Shown here: positions 26,054-37,979 of the stretch, piece after piece
Layout: each line of letters begins with the position of its first letter
Position numbering within the stretch: position 1 is the stretch's first letter
Assembly: GCA_017499595.2 (NCBI GenBank)
Contig: CM039004.1
Span: 1,860,001 to 1,924,000 of the forward strand
Length of the DNA: 64,000 bases
Direction: 5' to 3'
Origin: Psilocybe cubensis
Taxonomy: Eukaryota
Notes under the pieces: model-generated
What the model was told of the DNA's origin: nothing
Database searches by the model: none
Seen by the model: the letters and a program-made list of their open reading frames with translations, nothing else
Program-made: the position numbers and the translations under genes

Positions 26054-28497
26054 TTAACGATGGTTCAAGGAACCACCAACTGCGTTGGTCGGGGAAGGCG
26101 TCCTATAACCCAAACGTGGTGATCGATCCGAGTAACCCAGTGTCCACGTCTCTACCAACTCGTGGTATATCGCTTTGAATGCCTCCAAAGAACCCTTTTC
26201 CTGAACCAAAAGGAGAGATACGAGATATCCTTCGTGGCACAGTTGAGGTGTAGGCCACTGCATCTCGACCCTGAATTTAACAGATTTGAGACCCAACATG
26301 ATGTTATTGGCATCCTTGACATCATGAGAGCGGCATTTCAAAACACCAAGCTTATCAGAATCTTCGAGCGAGACGAGCATGTTCATGTCCATAAGAAGTC
26401 GTCGGCATTCTGACTGTGTGGTATGCACGTCATATCGCGACAGAAGGCTATATGTCGCGGGCTTGAATTTGAAGACATTATCAAACCAACTTCGTCGTGC
26501 AGCATTACCTACCGAAGAAGGTAGAGAAAACGAGGAACCAGCTTCAGAAAACAAAGGCGAGACAGGCGCTGGCGACGGCCTTCTTTTCTTAAGCTTCAAC
26601 GGTTTTGCGTTAGTGGGCGTCTTGGTGTTCTCAGAATAATGTTGGTCCTCCATTGTACCAGTATGCAGAGTAAGTGGAGATTGTCCATGCATGATAACAG
26701 ACTCTGTGATAGGAATAACGTTCTCTTTCCCATCTGTGTCAATGGTAATAATCGGTTGAAGTGGCATACGATTCTTGCGACGGAGAGTCAGAGGCTTGGT
26801 GTTTCCTTTCGGGTCTCTTGTTGTTTCTTGTAGTATTGTTCGGCTCAGTGCACCCAGTTCTTCCAGATGATCTTCGGGTTTGAGTAGGGATGTCGGAATG
26901 TTAAGGGGTATATGTGGCACTGGAGCGAGACGTTCTGAGAATAAGTTTGTCGATGGTCCCTGACGAGCCTCTGTCCCCGACGTTTTTTCGTTCAGAACGT
27001 TGAGATGATTCGCAACCTGCTGAAAGAATGCCTGCATTTTCTCGTCCTCCAATTCCGGCACATCAAGCTTGGGTAGATCCATATTATTTGAACGTAACCT
27101 CTTTTTTTCCGGCGATGGGGCAGACAGAGAGATGGAAGGAAAAGGGCTACATCTCAGAGACTCATTAGATGAAGATGTAAAGCCGTCCGGATGCTTGTCG
27201 CTTCGTGAAGTAGCTGGTGCATCACGCGGAGGCAATGCAGACGCTAGGAAAGCTCGGTCTCTACGACGCATGCTCCTGTGGTCCATGGAATTGGCTTGAG
27301 ACTGGGCTTCCTCAAGCTCTTGCTGCCGGTTTGCGAGGTATTTTTTACGATATGCTACAAGTAGATGGTATATCCCCTTTTCCCAGTTGCGCTCGGAACT
27401 CATCAGCCTTTCAATGATCCTTGAGTCTGGAGTGCCATGCCACAAGGTTCGCAGGTTCGCAAAAATATCCGGATCAATAGTAGACAAGCTTCCAATCGGT
27501 TTGGCAATAAGGTCCATGTCAGGATCTGAGGGCATCGCTTTCGGGTTTTTCAGGGGATATGACAAAAAGAATGGATGTCGCATGATCTCCGGCATAGTAA
27601 TACGCTTATCAACATCCGTCGTAAGCATACGAGATATCAAGTCCTGCGCACGTCGATCAATATCATGTGGCATTTCAAAGTATCCAATAGATATTTTGCG
27701 TAACAGTGTGGGACAGTCGTCGTCATCGAAGGGCAGTTTGGCCGCGAGCAGAGCGTAAAGAATGATACCACAAGACCAAATATCGGAGGCAGAACCATTA
27801 TACGGCTTTCCAGAGATGATTTCAGGCGCTGCATAGTGAGGACTGCCGCAGGAGGTACGAAGAAGCTTTGCACGCGAGTCACCTTGCCATGTAGCCATAC
27901 CAAAGTCAGCGACCTTGATGTTGGAATCTTGATCAATGAGAATATTCTCGAGTTTTAGGTCACGATGAGCAATATTATAGCGGTGGCAATGATCAACAGC
28001 GCAAATAATCTGCTGAAAATAGTTCACAACCTCAGCAGTGGGGCGGCGACCCTTGTTGCACAGATAATCGAAGAGCTCTCCGCCTTGAACATACTCGAGA
28101 ATGAGATATAGGCTGCTTGATGTTTCCCAAACATCGTAAATCTTCATGATGTTTGGATGGTCGATAAGCTTCATGACAACAATTTCCCTCTCAACAGCCA
28201 AAAGATTGTGTTCTACCTCATCGGCAAGACGATTCAAAGACACTCGACTTCCCAGTGCATTTTTTGGGATGATCTTGATGGCAGCATACTGACCTGTTTT
28301 CGAGTGTCGCGCAATTCTTACGTGACCTAAATTATAGTGTTTTGAATCAGAATAACAGTCAACAGACGATGTATGATAGATTTTGCACCTGAAAATCCTT
28401 TCCCCAGTGTTCGACCGACCTTCCACAGTCCAATCATTTTAGGATCTTGTCTGGTTTTCTTGGCATGAAGGGCAAATGGATTTTGGATATCTGCCAT
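26054..28497 (-). CDS. Nim1-family (Gin4/Hsl1/Kcc4/Cdr2-like) CAMKL Ser/Thr kinase with C-terminal KA1-like domain
   Basis: Exon 1 MADIQ…IGLWKVGRTLGKGFSG, then AAIKII, EREIVVMKLIDHPN, HRDLKLEN, DFG, TSCGSPHYAAPE, IFANLRTLWHG and C-terminal RSWFDNVFKFKP. Confidence 0.88.
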
Positions 28498-28828
28498 CGG
28501 GATAGATGGAGATGGTCAAAGACAAGAGAGCAGCTTTGTGGCTGACATTGTAAGAAGTGTCGCGAAGACATGAGATGAAGTTGTAACTTGGAATCAAGTT
28601 GAAACTTGGCCTAGGCTGATCGACTGCCTCACTTTCGCCCGAGGACAAGCAACACCAAATAACGCGTCGCAACCGTTTCACGAGTCACGGGGCCTTAATT
28701 GTTGTGGCGCACACAATGATGATTGAGTTGACTACTCAACCTGACTCGTTACTTCTGTCATATAAGAAAAGGCGCGTTTCGCAGCCGTGTTCCTTGTACC
28801 GCTGAACTCGTTGGATCAAAATATCCTT
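28498..28828. promoter_or_regulatory. Short bidirectional promoter between the kinase and LIG4, with an MCB-like ACGCGT (28662-28667)
   Basis: The divergent ATGs are 331 bp apart. The interval contains ACGCGT, further CGCG cores and TATAAG at ~28761. Confidence 0.5.
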
Positions 28829-31800
28829 ATGCAACCGACGCCTGCACCAACTTCTGCACCCAATTCACCGGGACCTCCTGAGGGGACCCACGATACACCG
28901 TTGGTTGAGGAACAGACCTATACGGCGCCACCACAAAATGTCGACAGCGCGCCGTTTGGTGTTCTGGTTGCACTGTTTGAAAGATTGCAAAACGAAAGAA
29001 AACCCGAAAGGCGTCGAAAGCTCCTTTTGACTTGGTTTACCGTATGAGTTTAACATTTCTCCAATGTTTCTCCATATAACTTTTGAACTAATTTTTCAAG
29101 CACTGGCGCAACGAGAAAGGGTTCGATTTGTATCCAGTATTAAGACTACTTCTTCCACAGGTCTTGTGTAATCCAGGATTACAAACATAAACCATTCTCA
29201 TATAACGTTCACATATAGAAAGACCGTGAACGCTCTGTCTATGGCTTGAAAGAAAAAAACTTGGGCAAAACCTACATCAAGATGATACCTCTTGGACAAA
29301 GGGATCCTGATGCGCAACGGTTACTCAATTGGAAAAAGCCTACAGATCGTGATGTACGAACCTCAATATATAGGTTATTGTCTAAGCTGACAGCTTGTCT
29401 TGTCTTGCCTTTCAGAAAGCAGCTGGCGATTTCTCCACAGTATTATATGAGGTCGTAGGGAAACGATCTTCAGTAATTGAAGGATCGCTATCGATAGATG
29501 ACTTAAACCATCTTCTGGATCAGCTCTCGAGCAACTCGGGAAAGCAGTATGTCAATTGAGTCAGATGAGAAGGAAATCCGTTAAATATTGGCGAACAGGG
29601 ATGTGCAGTCGAAAATATTACAACGGGTGTATAACCGCGCCACCCCTGAGGAGCAAAGATGGATTGTTCGTATCATATTAAAAGGTAGTCAATTTCATCC
29701 AAATAGTAAAGGTGTATTAATTGTTGATACCTTCAGATATGACCATTTCCGTCAAGGAAACAACCATTTTTTCAGTGTTTCACCCTGATGCACAAGATCT
29801 CTACAATACATGCTCGGATCTTAAAAAGGTGGCTTATGACCTCTGGGACCCTTCCCATAGATTGAAGAACGAGGTTAGTACGATCTGAGAGATTTATTCG
29901 CTACTAAACTTATTCAATGTCAAATAGGATAAAACAGTCCAATTATTTCAAGCATTCGCTCCGATGCTTTGCAAGCGACCCACAAATACAATCGAGGAGA
30001 CTGTACGCCTAATGGGTGGCGTTGAATTTTATATTGAAGAAAAGCTAGACGGAGAAAGAATGCAGCTTCACAAACGAGCAAACGAGTACTTTTACTGCTC
30101 CAGGTATGTTTTGCTGCCTTCTTGCTCAGGTTATTTAACACCATGCACAGGAAAGGGAAAGATTATACCTATCTGTATGGAAAAGATATTGGACAAGGCA
30201 GTTTGACACCGTATATCCGTCAAGCATTTGATGGAAAAGCTGTCACTGAGTCAGTGTTTCGATAAATATCACTGGCACTGTGCTCATCTCCATGCCTAGG
30301 ATCGTATTAGATGGTGAAATGCTGGTTTGGGATCCGGTGTCGGAACGTAACCTACCCTTCGGGACTTTAAAGACAGCAGCGTTAGGTATGTATGTCTCTC
30401 TCTTCTACTTGATTCGTACCAAGACAGACACCGTTTACATGCAGATAAATCTAAGCACGAGTTTAACCCCCGTCCATGTTGTTAGTTCTGCTATCTGCTA
30501 TGTGTTCGATGGAGTACTCTACTCATGGGCTCTCAGTCAAGGTGTTCGATATCTTGTATCTGAACGGAAATTCTCTTCTCAGTTTAAAGGTCCAACATCG
30601 AAAAGAAATTTTAAGGAAGTATGTCAAAGAAGTAAAGGGACGCATCGAATTCGCAGTACAATGGAAAGGGACTGATGCTAAGGATATCAGAGAAAGGATG
30701 GACCAGATTATGGAATCTCGAGGAGAAGGGCTTGTGATTAAGAATTCTTTGTCGAGATATGAGCTTAATGGACGGACTAATGGTTGGATTAAGGTACGTT
30801 TCGCTGGCAAGTTGTTCTTCGAATGATACTCATCGAATAGTATATAGGTTAAACCTGAATATATGGTGCCATCGTGTTATAAATCTAGATTCTCAATTAT
30901 CTGTATACTGACTTGTATTAGGATAACATGGGCGAAACGGTTGACGTCGTTGTCGTTGGTAAGTAACATAGAGTTATGTGTGCTCATGATTACTAATCTT
31001 ACTTTAAGGGGGAAACTATGGTACTGGAACTCGGCGTGGAGGGGCAGTATCAACTCTGATTTGTGCCGTATTTGACGATCGCAGGAGCTACGATAACGAC
31101 GAAGATCCTAAGTACATAATTTCAGATTCGTGAAACACATTTGTTATTGATTCTCATTGACTATACTTCCAATCTAGATACAGTACTTTCGTTCGAATTG
31201 GCACAGGCATAACATATGCAGATTATTTGTGGATACGAGCACTTCCCTGGAAGGAATGGAAAAAGGGGACTACGCCCGATTTCTTGCAAACTTCAAAAAA
31301 AGGCACAGATGATAAAGGGGATCTCTATCTTCATCCAGACGAGTGAGTGTTAAAAAATGGATCAAAGGCTGCAATAGCTTTATGGCAAATGTCCCAACAG
31401 TTCTTTTATACTTAAGGTTAAAGGAGCCGAAATTATACCCAGTGGCAAGTGTGCCTCTATACGCCGATATGTATTTTTTCTTACGTCTTTATAGATCAAT
31501 ACCAGTTAGGCTATACAATGAGGTTCCCTCGAGCAGTGGCGTTTAGGAGTGATCTGACTATAATGGATTGCATGCCTGCTTCCGGTTAGCTCTCTTTTCT
31601 ATTCGGCGATAACTACTCTAAGCATGACTTCAGCCATTTTGGAAAGTTTACGAAACGATAAAAAGAGGAAAATGTCGTCAGATATTAGGTATATCTCTGT
31701 TCAGTGTCTATACCGATCCTCGTCTGACCTTCATAGCAGTAGTTCCAATAAGAAGCGTAAAATTACCACTTCTAAGGTTAGGATATAGGTTTTGAGACGC

Positions 31801-33442
31801 TTTTCGATCGCCACTTACCTGTTATGCAAGCCGGCTATCCTTGAACGATATAAAGGCGTAAAGGCCAAAGATGTTCATGTTGAAAGCAAACTGCTTGAGG
31901 GTCTGACATTTGGTAGGCGTTCTTTTTTTTAAGAACTCAAATTCTTAATCCTCTTTCAGTTGTCCTGTCGGACTCCAAGTCCAAAACGGCGAATGAAGAC
32001 AGGAAATTTATCGAGACACAGTCAGTTACGTCATTAAATTTTCAAGATGTATGTGTAACTAATGGTCTCTAGAATATACGCAAATGGTGGTATTTGCGCC
32101 CAGATATCAGGTCCCGGAAAGATTGTGATTTATGGAGGTTCTACGACACGTTAGTTCTTTCGAATTTCAATTATAAACAGACAATAAGAAAACCGATGGT
32201 TTACAGCATATAACATTAAACAAATCATCAACAAAGGAAGAGACATTATTAAACCCAGTTGGATCTTAGACTCCATCTCAAAGGGCGAACGAATGCCATT
32301 GCGCAAGAGGTATTTTTCGAGGTATATATGAATGCCGTTGTCGTTATTCACCCCAACATGCTAGATATTTTTTTCATGCAACTGAAGAATCTATCGCCTC
32401 TGAGGAGTACGACGCAGAAGACGACGAGCAGGACCAAGAAGCCGCTGGGTCTGGCATTGCCAGTCGGTCACCTTCAGTTGACAACAGGCAAGGAGAGCCA
32501 GCTAGCTCAGATATTCACGGGGACAAGCCAGTTTCCCCCAAGGTGGAAGAAATGGAAATTGATCCTGAGCTAGCTGAATGGTTTAAGGTTGACCAACAAA
32601 CTTCAGGCTATTCGGAGGACAAGGACATCCAAGACAACGATTCGGTGACGGAAGATGACGACTCCGACAATGCTGACGTCGCTGGGGATGAAGAGGCCGA
32701 CCTTGATGATTGGTTACAAGTGAAGGTTCAAGAAGCCAAGCCCCCAATTGAAGAAAATGCAGCAACGCAATATGAGGTTGTCAGTTTGAAATATTGTTGA
32801 TTTTCCGGGTCTCGTATCTCATATTTTTTTATTTATTTGTAGGACGATGATGACGTCAAAATGGGAGAAAGCGACAAAGCCATGGAATACGATCAAGACC
32901 TCATTTTCAAACATTTGTTAGTAGCTTAACCATCTGAGAAACAAATTGACGTCAACATCTTTGTAGATGCTTTTACATGGACTCGCCAGATAACGCTATC
33001 AAAAACGGATTGACTGTCAAACCAAGCAAACACGAAGCAGACATGAACGTCAAGTATGATTGGTTACTTGTTTTTACTTTACGCGAGGGATTAACGCCTT
33101 CCAGACTTTCCCAGATCGCGGAATTAGTTATTGCCCACGGAGGCAAGGTGGTCACCGACCTTGACAATCCGAAGTTGACCCATGTTGTGGTCGACCAGCG
33201 GGACGTCAGGCGACGAATAGAGTTGATTAAACGCACATCAAAGTACGCTGGTGTCGTGCGTTTCTGTTTCTTGATACTGATAGACCACTCCAAGACCTAA
33301 AATGCGAAACCTCGTAATTTCTGACTACATCCAAGCGTGTTTAGACGAGGGAACGTTATTGGATAATGCAGGTGAGTGTGCATAAGCTTGAACATTTTTA
33401 CAACTTGAACGGCTGATTTGTGATGAAGAATTTGAACCTTGA
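28829..33442 (+). CDS. LIG4: DNA ligase IV (NHEJ), ATP-dependent, with C-terminal BRCT region; about 28 introns
   Basis: LLLPQKDRERSVYGLKE, EQRWIVRIILK, adenylation motif EEKLDGERMQLH, VLDGEM, EGLVIK, WIKVKPEY, TMRFPR, BRCT IIKPSWILDS and LTHVVVD. Confidence 0.93.
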
Positions 33443-33869
33443 GGTACAGAAACCGGCTTACATGCCGATAATACACTAGTTAGGACCACTGTTACCTGTA
33501 ATTATGAGTATGTAGCTATACAAATTGAAATGGATAGTTTGAAATACGCATCATCATTGATGGGTGAAATTTGTTGTGTGATGTTTTTTTCCATGGGCGA
33601 GTCGGAGTTTGCAAGTTTGCATCATTGTGCCCTTGCCTTCTCGAGCGTTGTCAGTCCTCCCTCCCTCCCCGAACTTCTTTCCTCCGCGTCTCTTATTTCT
33701 CCCCCTTCTCTTCTTCCCTGCGATATCACCTTCCGCTTATAACACCGTCCAATAAATTCTGTTTTTCTTGTTTTCTGCTCAGACAGGGTTCTTCTGTCGC
33801 GCGTGCCCAGACACGACCCATTGTAAACTTTAATCCCCCACAGGCTGCCTCAGCTCCTTCATATACATA

Positions 33870-36853
33870 ATGGGCGACCTACAAGTATCACCTATATCAC
33901 AACTCCTCCATACGCTTGGAATAACGCGTGAAGATCTGAATAAACGGAGTGATCAAATGCGACAATTTCTCACCGCCGACGATGCCATGTCTTCACGCGT
34001 CCCCGAGCGCGACAATGCCTACCGACCAAGGTCCGGATCGGATTTACACTCCAGCTCACGATCAGTAGGGTCTTCACGATCTTTTGCGCGTTCTCTGTCG
34101 CGTGCAAGCTCATCCTCAGTTCGCGATGGCACTCCGCCAGCAACTCCGGTCAAGTCCGAACCTCGTGAAGGCGAAATACCGCACAGACGCATGGATAGTA
34201 TGGAGATGGTATTAGAAAGGCAGAGAAGGCAGAGAAAGAGTCGTCGGGAAAAAGAGCGCGAATCTAGCAAGGCAGTGCCACATCCCCCTTCCCCATCCCC
34301 CAGCATCGCGTCACATTCAGGTCATAACCTTGACTCCTACATGCAATCACGCGATGATGTCCAACCGCCCAGCTCTTCAAGTAGCAGTCGATCCAATCCG
34401 CCCTCAGTGGTAGGTTTTCTACTCGTTGTCGCGTGTTATTGGTCTCGAGAGCTGATCTGACCATTTTAGACCAATGACCCCCCTCTGCCTATCACTCCTC
34501 AGAAAAGCAAATACTACAGAGATCACACAAACCTTGATTCGGAATCGGCTCGTAAAGTAAGTCTTATATCTTGTTGTTGACTGAAACACCTCTGATTTTC
34601 TCTCGTAGGATACCGCTTTGAAGACTGAGACACCGACTCCCACGCGCGCCAGTGCTCCTCCTCCTCCTCAAAGTCTTCCCCAGCCGCAATACTATGCTTA
34701 CCCAGGATATATGGGATACCCACATTTCATGCCTATGGCATACAGACCCGCCACGGCCACCTCTTCCTTTCCTATCACACCACAGGCGCAACGCACACTA
34801 CCCGCTCGACAAACAGCAACATCACCTCTACCTCCTTCATCTCCTCCCCCGGCGTCATCCCCAATGTCTTCACCCGCCCGTCGTATAAATCTTGTATCCT
34901 CTCCTGGGCCTATGGGCCCTGCTCCCGAAGAGAATGAATACGATAATTTACCATATAAACTCCCTCCAGGCCCTTATTCTCCAAGTAAACCCGACCTCTC
35001 TTACGCTGCCTTGGTGGGGCGTGCCATTTTATCATCTCCTGAACATCGCCTTACTCTCCAAGAAATTTATGATTGGATTACAATAGTGTATCCACATTAT
35101 AAACGTGGAGAGACTACCTGGATGAACAGCATACGCCATGTTTTAAGCACCACTGTATGTTTCCGCAAAGTTCCAAGAGACCGTTCTGTCGGTAGGACAT
35201 TATGGGCTATCTACGATGAAGATATCGAATGTTTCAAGGACGGTGGTTTCAAGAAGCATCTTTGCAAGGATTATGTCAATGGTAATGACGGTAAAGAAAA
35301 ACAATCTGGCAGTTCGAAGGGCAAAGCTAGGGCCAGAAAGCGCGTCGACGATGAAGAAGCCATCGAAGGCCGAAAAACAAAGAAGTTGAAGAAAGAGCAA
35401 TGCGCCATTACGGGCAACATCTCGACCTTCGATTCACATGTTGCCGGGCCATCGTTCATGGGATCCAGCACCCTATCGTCTCGACCTCTATTCCCTCCAA
35501 CACGCCCAACCGCTCACCATCAACCGTACTACCAGAGTTGTGTCCCCCAAACCCAAGGATTCCCCACGGAAGTCATCTTCCCACCTTTACCTGCTGCAGC
35601 TGCTTTCAATCGAGTTGTGAATAATCTCAACACCAGTCACAACAATAATGTTTCATCTTCCACGACACTAACGACCATTAAGGACTCCTCTGCGGTGGAG
35701 GCCTCTCCTCCTCCGAGTAGTTCTTCACCCATTCTTTCAGCATCATCTATTTCATCTTCTTCACTCTCTTCTTCGATCCCTGAACTTACTCCGAATCTCA
35801 GTTCTTCCAGCCCACCATCCTCACTTCCTGCCACCAGCGACATAGATATCGATTGCCCCGAGAGTCGGCCCATGAGCGTAAAACCAGATGTGCTTCATGA
35901 CATTGGAAATACAGCTCTTGCGATTAGCGACATATTTACGGATGAAGGCGAAGCTGACACCTCCACTCCTGCTGAATGTACTGAAGATGACATCTTCAAC
36001 ACAGCACTATTAGGGCCTGTCACAACCTGGGGTCAATCTCCCAAGGTTCCTGGCCTTCTACAACCTGGAATTGAGCTACTGGAGTCTAACACAGATTCTG
36101 ACGAAGATTCTGATATATCTATTCGAGATAGAAAAGGCAAGAAAAAACAAGGCACCCGCAATTACAAGGTACATACTTATTGTCCTCTGTGGTATAAGAT
36201 ATTGAACATTTTTTCCGCAGGGGTCTGTCTTTCCCCCAATGCCTTCATCGCCTTCACTTAATCGCGGGAAGCATGCATCAGCCAACTCTGAAAATGCAGG
36301 TCGCCCGTCAACGCCAGCCTCTTTACCTGCCTTGCCCTCGACGCCTCCTCGAAGTTCAATACTAGATCATCAAATTTCTTCTACTCGCACTCCTCTTTCT
36401 CACAAGGGCCTTCATATGAGCCCATCAGCCAGCCTGGCTCACTACAAATCCAACCTGGACCCGCCGCCTGTATATAATGGAAGTATACCGGCCCTCGATA
36501 ATCCTCAGGCCGATGAAGAGGATCTTATGCGGACCCCTCGGAAACGCGGGACTAACGCCAGCGCTCCCACATCGTTTGGACCCCCAGTTACTCCAAGGAA
36601 ACTCATCTTTTCTGCTAACCTTGAAGATTCACCTTTCCGCACTCCCAGCAATAATCTGAATATGTCCCCATTCCGTACCCCCGGCTCGCGTTCTATCTTC
36701 GACCCTCATGATCCTAGGACACTCCTTGACGAGGAGCTCAGTGGGATGCACTATAACTACGATAGCAGCCCTGCTAGTGGGTTGTTCGGAAGAGGGCGAG
36801 GATCTCTCCTCTATGACAGTCCTGGTTTTGAGAGTCCTGCCAAGTGGTGGTGA
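33870..36853 (+). CDS. Forkhead-box transcription factor (Sep1/Hcm1-like), 4 exons
   Basis: KPDLSYAALVGRAILSSPEHRLTLQEIYDWI…WMNSIRHVLS…CFRKVPR…W. Many S/T-P sites in the C-terminus (TPRK, SPFRTP x2). Confidence 0.85.
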
Positions 36854-37445
36854 CTTTTCTTTTCATGCATTTAACATCTTTGTATCGCATACTTATATCT
36901 CATTGGGCTTCGTTCCCTTGTTTCACGACAATGTCAGCAGTGTTATCTATTCACGAATGTCACCTTGTTTTTGTATTTTTTTTTTCTTTTTGTTTTTTCC
37001 CAACGTATTGTTTCTTTTCCACCTCGGTGATATCTTTCCTTAGATTTTTTGTGTCGTGTTAGGAAAACTGGACACCGATACGACTGTCACCTCCATTTAC
37101 GTTCTTTTGCATTTAGCCCGCCTTGTAGGCCAGGAACTATTTTGTCTCCAATCTTTCTCGTCGTTAGTCTTCTGTACAAGTAAATATCGCTTTCACTGTC
37201 CATCGTGCTTCTATGCAATACAATGTTCTGTTCTGTTGCTTCTTGGAATCTCTGCAAACCATCGATGTCTATCATCAAAAACTCAAGAAAGGTACCGTAA
37301 AAGGATGAGGACTGCAGCGATGATTTTCATTGTTATATATAACGTTACAAGTTAAGTTGTACAAAATAGATCAAGGGAGGAATGAGCACTAGAGAAGAGG
37401 GGGATCAGCATTACGAACGAAGAAAAGTTGGAGATGGAAGAAGAA

Positions 37446-37525
37446 TCAGCTGGCTGTTCTTAGTATTTTGTATGGTTGTATCCCCATCGCCGTAGCTCCG
37501 GAAGTTGGTGTATTGTTCACATCTT
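37446..37525 (-). ncRNA. Box C/D snoRNA with two antisense elements to 18S rRNA helix 34
   Basis: Degenerate C (AAGATGT), guide CACCAACT, D' CGGA, cUACGg hairpin, C' GCGATGG, guide ACTAAGAACAGCCA, D CTGA. The guides are complementary to the recalled 18S sequence UGGCCGUUCUUAGUUGGUG. Confidence 0.78.
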
Positions 37526-37676
37526 GTGTATGATGGTAAAGGGAAGGTAAACTTACCGAGTGTTGAGGAGCCATATGAGGGTGAAGAATAAACAAAGGGT
37601 GGGAGAGGAAATCTATAAAGAGAAAGGAATGTTAGAATGACATATAACAGAAAAGAGTTGAGGAAAAAAGGAAGAG

Positions 37677-37766
37677 TCAGTGGTGCACATTTTGGCTGGT
37701 GCTTGCGGACGTCGTCAAAGTTATCTTGTCAAATAACTACGACTGGGGCGGCAATGGTTTCATCGT
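37677..37766 (-). ncRNA. Box C/D snoRNA, snR67/U31(SNORD31)-like guide for LSU P-loop Gm (yeast Gm2619)
   Basis: C ACGATGA, guide TGCCGCCCCAGT, D' CGTA, stem GTTATTT/AGATAAC, C' TTGACGA, D CTGA. The guide is complementary to LSU CUGGGGCGGCA and the +5 rule lands on the G equivalent to E. coli G2251. Confidence 0.85.
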
Positions 37767-37860
37767 GTAGACAGAAGGGAATGAGACTCACAAGGAAGCT
37801 ATGGACGGAAGGAGTGTAAGAGTAGAAAGAAAGAACAGCGAAAGCGAAAAAAAACATGAT

Positions 37861-37867
37861 CTTTATA
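37861..37867 (-). promoter_or_regulatory. TATA box (TATAAAG) of the snoRNA host gene
   Basis: TATAAAG on the minus strand lies upstream of a pyrimidine-rich start region and ~70 nt before the first donor. Confidence 0.6.
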
Positions 37868-37979
37868 GGCACGGGGGCGTGGGAATGTATGGCAGTCATA
37901 TTGGTCATCAGAAGGGAGTTGCTCCTTGTCACCGACCACCCATCCAAACACCGTTGCTAAAGCTATCAAAAGAGGTATA

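Larger units (their letters stand above)
37330..37840 (-). ncRNA. Spliced non-coding snoRNA host gene (3 short pyrimidine-rich exons, 2 snoRNA-bearing introns); ends approximate
   Basis: Intron 1 is 37791-37613 (GTGAGT…CTAAC…TAG). Exon 2 is 37612-37557. Intron 2 is 37556-37389 (GTAAGT…CTGAT…TAG). There is a TATA box upstream and the spliced exons carry no meaningful ORF. Confidence 0.8.

Noticed and set aside
28680-28749. ATGATGA + TTGAGT/ACTCAA hairpin + CTGA (minimal C/D-like motif) and an ACGAGTCA/TGACTCGT inverted pair in the kinase-LIG4 promoter
   Set aside because: Only 18 nt separate the boxes, there is no guide or terminal stem, and it lies upstream of the apparent LIG4 TATA. It is more likely chance or DNA-level TF sites.
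37729-37947. 72-aa minus-strand ORF with a hydrophobic stretch
   Set aside because: It spans the TATA box and runs into the snoRNA intron. The hydrophobicity comes from the pyrimidine-rich leader.
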